From Thermovirgaceae bacterium (GTDB lineage Bacteria; Synergistota; Synergistia; Synergistales; Thermovirgaceae), in contig JBKHBH010000073.1 of NCBI GenBank assembly GCA_046542505.1, positions 1-11,058 of the forward strand: a stretch of DNA of 11,058 nt, written 5' to 3'. Made by a program: the position numbers and the translations under genes. Each line of letters opens with the position of its first letter. Positions within the stretch are counted from its first letter, which is position 1. A model generated the notes under the pieces. It was not told where the DNA came from. It did not search any database and saw only the letters and a program-made list of their open reading frames with translations. Shown one piece after another: positions 1 through 6,477 of the stretch.

Positions 1-311
1 GGCCGTGTGTTGTAATGAAGCATCGAGATCAGAACGGCGCCTTCCTTCATCCTGCGGAGCATTTCCTTTTTCGGCACCCGAACGACTATAACCACGTCCT
101 TTTGGAAGATTTCTTCGTGAGGGATAAAAGAGAGGTTCGGGTGTGCCTTGAGGTATTCTTCCGCCGGGATCCCGAGCTTCCCTCCATATCCTTCTTCCAG
201 GTATATCCTTGCATCGGTAAGCTTGTCGAGTTTCCGGAACAGGGACGGAAGAAAATCCCTCTTTTCCGTTTCCTCTTCATGCATTCTCGGGAATGCCAGT
301 TCCTTGATCAT
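1..311 (-). CDS. Alanine dehydrogenase/PNT N-terminal-domain family oxidoreductase (5' part; runs off the left edge)
   Basis: Manual translation from ATG 311, with SD GAGGTG at 318-323: MIKELAFPRMHEEETEKRDFLPSLFRKLDKLTDARIYLEEGYGGKLGIPAEEYLKAHPNLSFIPHEEIFQKDVVIVVRVPKKEMLRRMKEGAVLISMLHYNTR. The frame is open to the edge. E-K-R..LP, YLEEGYG..LG...EEY and LISMLH resemble the AlaDH_PNT_N fold. It is absent from the ORF track because there is no stop in the window. Confidence 0.75.
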   Translation of the reverse strand, partial: MIKELAFPRMHEEETEKRDFLPSLFRKLDKLTDARIYLEEGYGGKLGIPAEEYLKAHPNLSFIPHEEIFQKDVVIVVRVPKKEMLRRMKEGAVLISMLHYNTR

Positions 312-354
312 ACGTTTCACCTCGAATCGTCCATCGGTTTGTTCGGACAATCTC

Positions 355-474
355 AATCTACCTTCAAGGATCTGCGGGGTCATTTCATGGAGCATTGCTT
401 TTTTTGTCGGATTTACGTCGTGAATCCAAAGAAGCCATTTCTTTGTAACGGCCCTTTCGTTTTTTTGACCGGAT
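355..474 (-). promoter_or_regulatory. Putative activator-dependent promoter of the oxidoreductase gene (-10-like TAGATT plus paired T7G boxes)
   Basis: + strand AATCTA at 355-360 (TAGATT on minus). TTTTTTTGTCGGAT at 399-412 and TTTTTTTGACCGGAT at 460-474. The same arrangement occurs upstream of dctM. Confidence 0.45.
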
Positions 475-493
475 AGAGACATCCGCTACCCTG

Positions 494-531
494 AAAAAAA
501 AAGGAAGCCCCGGTTTCCCGGGGCTTCCTTT
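494..531 (-). terminator. Rho-independent terminator of the TRAP operon
   Basis: Perfect inverted repeat AAAGGAAGCCCCGG (500-513) / TTTC loop / CCGGGGCTTCCTTT (518-531). The A-run at 494-502 gives a U-tail on the minus strand, about 20 nt after the dctP stop. Confidence 0.9.
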
Positions 532-551
532 GCGGTCCATCGTCAGGTTTT

Positions 552-1577
552 TCAGCGGGCCTTTTCGATTGCTTCCATAACCTCCCAGAAATCGGCTTCC
601 ATGGTTTCTTTCTCTTTCAGTTCTTCGTAGAATTCCGCCGCCTTTGCCCGGAAAGGCGCCATGTCGGGCGTGGCAAAAGAGGCTCCGAAATCGGTCTTTG
701 ACTTTTCCACGATTTCTTCGGCAATGGCGTCGAGCTGGCTGGTAAACTCTGTTCCAGCCTCATTGCAGGCTTCAATGAGGACCTTTTGGTATTCCTCGGG
801 GAGAGATTCGAATTTGTCGTTGTTCATGTAAAAGACGATCGTCTGGGGGTATTCATCGGTTACGGTGATGTAGGGGCAGACTTCCACGAACTTGGTGTCA
901 TAGATCAATGTGACCGGGGATGTGACCGATTCCACGATTCCCTGTTGCAGGGCCAGGTATGTTTCCGACCAGGCAATGACCGTCGGGTTCGTGCCGAGGG
1001 CTTCCCAAACAGCCAGCTCGAGTTCCGAAGGATAGAAACGGAGCTTGAGTCCCTGGATGTCCTCAAGGGATTCCACGGGCTTTTTCGTCAAAAGCACCCT
1101 GTAGGGCCCCCGTCTCCATGTCCAGTCGGTGTTGAGCAGGATGACCCCCGCCTCGTCGCTCAGTTCCTGAAAGAGCTGCTGCATATATTCACCCTTGAGG
1201 AATCTCTGGAAGTGTTCGAAGTCGGTGTAGACGAAGGGGGGCGTGATGTAGTCGATCTGCGGGATCACTGTTCGAGCCCCAAGGACCGGGCTTCCTGCGA
1301 CAATGTCAACGGCGCCCATTCCCATGCTCTTGAAAACCGACTCGTCAGACCCGAGAACTTCCGACCCGAACATGTCGATCTGCACATCGCCGTCGGTTTT
1401 CTCCGCGACCTTGTCTGCGAAGTTCTGGAACGCCTTGTATTCGGGGCTCTGTGGGCCCATCTTCGTGGCAAGGCTCAATTCGTAGGTCGCCTTGGCGCAG
1501 GCGCAGCCCGCAAGCAGCGAAAGGCTCAAAACCAGGACCGTCACCAAAAGAACCCCTTTTCTCGTATCAAATCTCAT
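552..1577 (-). CDS. dctP: TRAP transporter substrate-binding protein (DctP family)
   Basis: Start reassigned to ATG 1577 with SD AGGAGG at 1585-1590, 341 aa. Signal peptide MRFDTRKGVLLVTVLVLSLSLLAGCACA. Family motifs F...V.EKTDG.V.I..F....LG, DIQGLKLR (conserved carboxylate-binding Arg) and ETYLALQQGIVE. Confidence 0.93.
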   Translation of the reverse strand: MRFDTRKGVLLVTVLVLSLSLLAGCACAKATYELSLATKMGPQSPEYKAFQNFADKVAEKTDGDVQIDMFGSEVLGSDESVFKSMGMGAVDIVAGSPVLGARTVIPQIDYITPPFVYTDFEHFQRFLKGEYMQQLFQELSDEAGVILLNTDWTWRRGPYRVLLTKKPVESLEDIQGLKLRFYPSELELAVWEALGTNPTVIAWSETYLALQQGIVESVTSPVTLIYDTKFVEVCPYITVTDEYPQTIVFYMNNDKFESLPEEYQKVLIEACNEAGTEFTSQLDAIAEEIVEKSKTDFGASFATPDMAPFRAKAAEFYEELKEKETMEADFWEVMEAIEKAR

Positions 1578-1641
1578 GATGATACCTCCTCTTCTGTTCT
1601 TCAGGATTTGTTCTTTCTCCCGTAACCTTCTTGTCACACCT

Positions 1642-2325
1642 TCAACGCCCCTGACGGTATGCCTCGGGCGGTATTTTCGAATCGGCGCCGGACAATGCAG
1701 CCAGGGTTTCACCTTGCCGCATCTTTTCAAACTGGACCGTTTCTTTTTCCTGTTCCATCAATGCGTGTTCGGCGACAGAGCCCGCAAGGTCCGGGGGCAG
1801 GATGCAAATTCCGTTGACATCAGCGATGACGATGTCTCCCGGATTGACAACCACACCCCCGCATTGCACCGGGGTGTTTATCTCTCCTTCCAGTCCCAGG
1901 ATCCTTGTCGTCAGTGCTGAGAGCCTGCGAAAGAAGACGGGGAAATTCATCCTGCGGATATCAAGAATGTCTGTGACGGCTCCGTCCACGACGGCTCCCG
2001 CGATGCCCCTGACGGACGCCGCAAGCGTCATGGCCGCCCCCCAGCAGGCATGGGTCATGTCACCGCACCTGTCAATGACGATGATGTCACCCGGCCGGGC
2101 AATTTCCACGACCTTGTGGCACAAGGTCGAATCGACAGAGGGGATCTTGACCGTTACGGCATGTCCTGCGATCCGCTCGTCTTCGAGGGAAGGCCTGAAC
2201 TCGTTTCGCAGGCATCCCGAAGGGAGAAAATGCCCGACTGTTGCCGGTTCGACATCACCGAGGCGTTTGAGGAGCTCGACATCAAGACGGTTTCCGTTTG
2301 GGTTTACTATCATGCCTGCTTTCAT
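1642..2325 (-). CDS. RraA / HMG-CHA aldolase-like family protein (atypical active-site motif)
   Basis: AGHAVTV, PGDIIVID, ACWG..M, GIAGAVVDGAVTD, FPVF and INTPVQCGGVVVNPGDIVIADVNG are RraA-like family hallmarks. Start is uncertain (TTG 2331, ATG 2325 or ATG 2313). Confidence 0.88.
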   Translation of the reverse strand: MKAGMIVNPNGNRLDVELLKRLGDVEPATVGHFLPSGCLRNEFRPSLEDERIAGHAVTVKIPSVDSTLCHKVVEIARPGDIIVIDRCGDMTHACWGAAMTLAASVRGIAGAVVDGAVTDILDIRRMNFPVFFRRLSALTTRILGLEGEINTPVQCGGVVVNPGDIVIADVNGICILPPDLAGSVAEHALMEQEKETVQFEKMRQGETLAALSGADSKIPPEAYRQGR

Positions 2326-3145
2326 CTCCAATCCATTCGATTTCCCCGATGCAGGAGCGGATATTCCGAAGACAGGGGTTCTGCCTGCGGACCCTTTCCA
2401 GGTTCTCCATGTCCAGTTCGGCGAAGAGGACGCACTCGCTGTCTCCGGCCCTGGCGATGACGGTCCCCCAGGGGTCGACGATCATGCTGTTGCCGTAACA
2501 GGTTTTTGCCTGGTGTCGGCCGCATTGGGCGGGGGCCGCGACAAACACCTGGTTCTCGATGGCCCTTGCCCGGAGCAGGACCTCCCAGTGAGCCCGGCCT
2601 GTGAAGTATGCAAAAGCTGAAGGGACAAAGAAGATTTCAGCCCCTTCGAGCACGAGCACTCGGAAAAACTCCGGGAAACGCAGGTCGTAACATATGGAAA
2701 ACCCTATTCTGCAGCCGGCCGCCTCGGCGGACACGGGCCGATGGCCCGGCACGACATGGGAAGATTCCCTGTTCGTGACTTCCCCGGGAATATCGATGTC
2801 AAAGAGGTGGACCTTGGAGTATTTCGCCCTGATACTCCCGTCGGGGCCGATGAGAGCTGAGGTGTTGAGATATCGCTCAGGGTCCTTCGTTTTCTCCGGA
2901 ATGCTGCCTGCGAGGACGTAAAAACCATACTCCCGGCAAAGACCGGCCAGCATGTCCGTCGCAGGTCCCGGGATTTTTTCGGCGAAGGGCAGTGTTTCCT
3001 CTTCGGGTGCAAGGTACGGAAAGCTTTCCGGCAGCGCAACAATGTCGGGATCCATCTCGGCGGCTTCTCTGACCAGGGATTCGGCCCGCTGAAGGTTTCG
3101 GTCCTTCCTTTCGTCGGAGTTCATCTGGACCAGGGCGATCTTCAC
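2282..3145 (-). CDS. Carbon-nitrogen hydrolase (nitrilase superfamily), Nit1/deaminated-glutathione-amidase-like
   Basis: E-K-C triad in ALPESF / YSKVHLFD / SICYDLRFPE, plus PSAF...TGRAHWEVLLRARAIENQ and YGNSMIVDPWG. The GTG start overlaps the dctQ stop (GTGA). Confidence 0.92.
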   Translation of the reverse strand: MKIALVQMNSDERKDRNLQRAESLVREAAEMDPDIVALPESFPYLAPEEETLPFAEKIPGPATDMLAGLCREYGFYVLAGSIPEKTKDPERYLNTSALIGPDGSIRAKYSKVHLFDIDIPGEVTNRESSHVVPGHRPVSAEAAGCRIGFSICYDLRFPEFFRVLVLEGAEIFFVPSAFAYFTGRAHWEVLLRARAIENQVFVAAPAQCGRHQAKTCYGNSMIVDPWGTVIARAGDSECVLFAELDMENLERVRRQNPCLRNIRSCIGEIEWIGDESRHDSKPKRKPS

Positions 3146-3642
3146 TGTTTTGTCCTTTCCGGCAGGAAACGTTCAAACAGCCTTTTGAATCCTCCCGTGA
3201 GCGCCAGGATCATGCCGAGCATCATCGGAAGCGAATACCAGTAGTAGCTGATTTCGATCGTGGAAAGAGAGGACTTGTGGTCTCCCGAGAGGATGACCCC
3301 CCAGGAATACCGGATCATGAGTATGGCAAAAGTCACCACGAGCAGGTCCACAAAACTGTCGACATACTTGCGGGCCCTTATTGGGACGAGCTTCTCGTAG
3401 AAATAATCGATCACAATGACCTCGTTGCGGTAAAGGTAAACACCGACACCCAAAAAGACCGCCCAGTTCGCGAGGAGGGCGACGATTCCGGGCACCCAGT
3501 TCATGGGGATCGAGAAAAAGTACCTGAAGATGATCCTCAGGACGTCGAGCGCAAAAAGACCCGCCAAGGCTGCGACAGCGAGTCGGAATGACGCATCAGT
3601 TACCATGTCGGTGACTCGTGTCAGGCTTCGGACGATTCCCAT
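3142..3642 (-). CDS. dctQ: TRAP transporter small permease (DctQ family)
   Basis: About 166 aa with four hydrophobic segments and motifs IIFRYFF..P..W, WAVFLG and IVID. SD AGGAG at 3650-3654 fits ATG 3642 better than ATG 3648. Confidence 0.88.
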   Translation of the reverse strand: MGIVRSLTRVTDMVTDASFRLAVAALAGLFALDVLRIIFRYFFSIPMNWVPGIVALLANWAVFLGVGVYLYRNEVIVIDYFYEKLVPIRARKYVDSFVDLLVVTFAILMIRYSWGVILSGDHKSSLSTIEISYYWYSLPMMLGMILALTGGFKRLFERFLPERTKQ

Positions 3643-3664
3643 GGGCATGCTCCTTTCCGCTTTT

Positions 3665-4951
3665 TTATCTGAAGAGAAGGTAAGGGAGAAATGTCGTCAG
3701 CGACGGGAATAGAATAAGTAACACCAGTGCGGCGAAGAGGGTGATGATAAACGGGATCAGGGAGCGGACCAGTTCATGGTACTTCACCTTGGCCACGCTC
3801 AGCATGACGAAGATTCCCGACCCAACCGGCGGCGTGATCATTCCGATCATGTCGTTGAACACGATGACGACCCCGAAATGGAGAGGGTCGATCCCGAAGA
3901 CCGGAAGGAGCGGGACAAAGATGGGGATGGTGATCACGAGAGTAGCGATGCTCGGGATAAAGCAGCCATTCAGCAGATAGAAGATATTGACAAAAATCCA
4001 GAAAAGCCACTTGTTGCCCTGGCAAAGTATGACGATCGCTTCGGCAAGGCGGACGTATACCTGCTCGCGGTTCAAAACCCAGGTGAAGGCGGCTGCGGCG
4101 GCCATGATGAACATGATCTGCGCAATGGGGACCAGGCTCGTGGCGAAGCCGTTTTTCAGGATTTGTCCGAGGCTCGCTTCTCTCCTCATCACTGCGATCA
4201 GAATGATGTAAAAGATGGCGAGCGCCCCCGCTTCGCTGGGACTGATCATCCCGAAAGCGAAGCCCGACAAAAGGATGAGCGGCGCAAGAAGGGCGGTGAA
4301 ATTTTTCCTGAACGAAACAGCTTTTTCCTTGTAGTCGAGACGCCGGGTTACCGGTGAATGGACAAGTCCCCGGGCGCTCAGGTAGTAGACCACAACCATC
4401 AGGGAAAAGCCGATGAATATTCCGGGGACGAGGCCCGCGATCAATATTTCGGAGATGGAGACGTTGGCAAGAACTCCGTATATGATGAGCGAGATGCTGG
4501 GGGGAATGATCGGGCCGACTACGGAAGAAGCGGCAGTGACGGCGGCGCTGAAGTCCCTCTTGTAGCCGTGGTCTGTCATCGCTTTCATTTCGATGATCCC
4601 GAGCCCGGCGCAGTCCGCAATTCCTGAACCTGACATCCCTGCAAAGACCATGCTGGCCAGGATATTCGCCTGGGCGAGCCCACCCTTGAGGTGGCCCACA
4701 ACATCCGTGGCAAAATCGAAAATCCTCTCGCTCAACCGTGTGCAATTGGCGACGTTTCCGACGAGAATAAAGAGAATGATGGCAAGATAGTTTACGTTCT
4801 CAACGGTGTTCTGTATGGCCATGACGAGCACGGGCAGCGGGTATTTCGCAAGGTACATGCCCAGGAAGGCGACAATCCCCATTCCTGTCGCGACAGGGGT
4901 GCGGAGAAAAACCAACAGAAGGAACAAAATGACAGGGAAAAACTCTTCCAC
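3665..4951 (-). CDS. dctM: TRAP transporter large permease (DctM family)
   Basis: GHLKGGLAQANILASMVFAGMSGS, GPIIPPSI, AGLVPG, SPSEAG, GIDPLHFG and IGMITPPVG. Start reassigned to GTG 4951 with SD GGGAGG at 4961-4966, giving 428 aa, a typical DctM length. Confidence 0.95.
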   Translation of the reverse strand: MEEFFPVILFLLLVFLRTPVATGMGIVAFLGMYLAKYPLPVLVMAIQNTVENVNYLAIILFILVGNVANCTRLSERIFDFATDVVGHLKGGLAQANILASMVFAGMSGSGIADCAGLGIIEMKAMTDHGYKRDFSAAVTAASSVVGPIIPPSISLIIYGVLANVSISEILIAGLVPGIFIGFSLMVVVYYLSARGLVHSPVTRRLDYKEKAVSFRKNFTALLAPLILLSGFAFGMISPSEAGALAIFYIILIAVMRREASLGQILKNGFATSLVPIAQIMFIMAAAAAFTWVLNREQVYVRLAEAIVILCQGNKWLFWIFVNIFYLLNGCFIPSIATLVITIPIFVPLLPVFGIDPLHFGVVIVFNDMIGMITPPVGSGIFVMLSVAKVKYHELVRSLIPFIITLFAALVLLILFPSLTTFLPYLLFR

Positions 4952-5025
4952 GAAGAAGGCCCTCCCTTGGCGGAGGTGGGGAGTCGTAAAGAAGATGCCG
5001 CCGAAAAAGTCTGATTCTTGTGGCA

Positions 5026-5140
5026 ATTATATCGGTTGAACGTTGCCCTGCATTCAGATGATCTTTGTTTTTTTGGCGGATTCCACAGCCCGTGCTATTC
5101 CACAAAAACGTTTTTGGCGTGTTGTTGTTTTTTTGATCGA
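5026..5140 (-). promoter_or_regulatory. Promoter of the TRAP operon: consensus -10 TATAAT, poor -35, upstream repeated boxes
   Basis: + strand ATTATA at 5026-5031 (TATAAT on minus), with no good -35 at 17 bp. TTGTTTTTTTG at 5065-5075 and 5125-5135, ATTCCACA at 5080-5087 and 5097-5104, palindrome CAAAAACGTTTTTG at 5103-5116. Confidence 0.6.
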
Positions 5141-5267
5141 TTTGCAAGGCCGCGATTTCATGCATCAATCTTGGGGGTATCTTTGATGAAGAGGAGTGCA
5201 TAATGGAGACTCGAAATGTTCATCCTGTGACTGTGACTTGCAAGACGGCGCACCCCGGGAGATGGCC

Positions 5268-6473
5268 ATGAATCATCCTGTTGTTGACCATTTTACCCGA
5301 TGGCTCGAAAAAACTGCGGGTACAGACCGTTTCAGGGAATTCGTGGAGGGGTTTTCCTCGACCTTTGACTTCCCTGTGTTTTTCTACACCCGTGATGGCC
5401 GACCCCTCGAAATCTGCGGATACGGAATGCCTCCCTGTGCCGAGGGCTACGCGGGCACTGGTCTTGAAGATGCCTGCAGAAAAAGCATTGCCAGCGGGGC
5501 GGTCTCCTCGATGGAAAGCGGGAAGCCGTTGTTTTTCAGGTGTTTTTGTGGCGCGGGGTTTTTGGCAGTACCTGTAGTCATCGGGGGAAAGACAACGGGC
5601 TGCGTTGTGTGCGGGCAGTTCCTTCTCAGGAGGTACAGCGAAGAGGAATTGAAGGTCATTTTCGAAAGCAGTTTGCACGTTTGCACCTCAAGAAAGGGGA
5701 TTCTCGCGCGTTTCAGGGACATACCCGTTGTGGACGGGGCCTTTATCGGGAAAATGAAGGACCGGCTGGTGATGATGGCGGCACATGTCGGAAAGATGTA
5801 CCAGCGGGACGAGCTGGAAATGAGGGAGCTTTCCGGAAAGAGCAAAAGGACGGGTGATGAAAGGGATTTTGAAAGCAGCCTCAAGCTTATCCAGGCCAGG
5901 GACTTAAGAAGCCAGCTAAACCCTCACTTTTTGTTCAATACGTTGAACGCCATCTCCCAGCTGGCGATGTTGGAGGGCGCTGGGCAAACCCAGGAATTGA
6001 CATATCAGCTGTCGGAATACTTGAGGTATGTCCTGAGAAAACAATCCAGGCAGGAACTGGTTCCGCTTTCCCTTGAGATGGAATGCATCGAGCGGTATCT
6101 GGAAATCTACCGGATCCGTTTCAGGGACAGGCTGATCTACGATTTGACAGTCGAAAAAGGGGCCGAAAAAGCGGAAATCCCTTTTATGCTCCTGCAGCCT
6201 CTGGTAGAGAACGCCGTCCTGCATGGAATAGAACCTTCCCTGGAACGGGGCTTTATCGAGGTCACGGCGATAGTGATGAGCTCTTCAGTAGTTATAGCAA
6301 TCAGGGACAACGGAACAGGATGTGACCCGGACCGGATTCGCGGTGGTATCGGTCTTCAGAATGTTCGTGACAGGCTGTCGCTTCATTACGGAATCTCGGC
6401 TGATCTTGACATCAAGAGCAAGCCTGGAGAGGGGACTTCCGTGTTCGTCAGGATCCCCTTCGAAGGGGTGTGA
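5268..6473 (+). CDS. Cytoplasmic sensor histidine kinase: PocR ligand-binding domain plus LytS/YesM-type His_kinase and HATPase_c
   Basis: N-terminal PocR-like pattern (PPC..., AC, FRCFCG..FLAVPVVIGG...G.VVCGQF), H-box LRSQLNPHFLFNTLN, RFRDRL, N-box LQPLVENAVLHG, G-boxes DNGTG and GIGLQNV. No transmembrane segment. Start at ATG 5268 (GGGAG at 5257-5261) is preferred over GTG 5196. Confidence 0.9.
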   Translation: MNHPVVDHFTRWLEKTAGTDRFREFVEGFSSTFDFPVFFYTRDGRPLEICGYGMPPCAEGYAGTGLEDACRKSIASGAVSSMESGKPLFFRCFCGAGFLAVPVVIGGKTTGCVVCGQFLLRRYSEEELKVIFESSLHVCTSRKGILARFRDIPVVDGAFIGKMKDRLVMMAAHVGKMYQRDELEMRELSGKSKRTGDERDFESSLKLIQARDLRSQLNPHFLFNTLNAISQLAMLEGAGQTQELTYQLSEYLRYVLRKQSRQELVPLSLEMECIERYLEIYRIRFRDRLIYDLTVEKGAEKAEIPFMLLQPLVENAVLHGIEPSLERGFIEVTAIVMSSSVVIAIRDNGTGCDPDRIRGGIGLQNVRDRLSLHYGISADLDIKSKPGEGTSVFVRIPFEGV

Positions 6474-6477
6474 TTCA

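Noticed and set aside
61..80. Possible frameshift in the T-run of the oxidoreductase gene
   Set aside because: Recounting gives five T's, so the frame stays open (RVPKKEMLRRM).
15..476. 153-aa + strand ORF and the 64-aa and 91-aa ORFs nearby
   Set aside because: No recognisable motifs. They are antisense or off-frame shadows of the SD-led minus-strand gene starting at 311.
1578..1730. N-terminal extension of dctP in the ORF track (likewise dctM 4952-5026, kinase 5196-5267, regulator 6322-6477, kbl 8985-9056)
   Set aside because: Downstream starts have better SD sequences and give family-typical N-termini. The extensions overlap neighbouring genes or promoter elements.
786..4745. Long antisense or alternative-frame ORFs (786-1625, 1802-2620, 3774-4745, 3776-4357)
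   Set aside because: They fully overlap well-supported genes, have no family motifs, and are expected in GC-rich coding DNA.
5040..5200. Sigma54 (-24/-12) promoter suggested by TGGC and TTGC words
   Set aside because: No TGGCAC-N5-TTGC with correct spacing, and the adjacent regulator is AraC-type rather than an AAA+ enhancer-binding protein.
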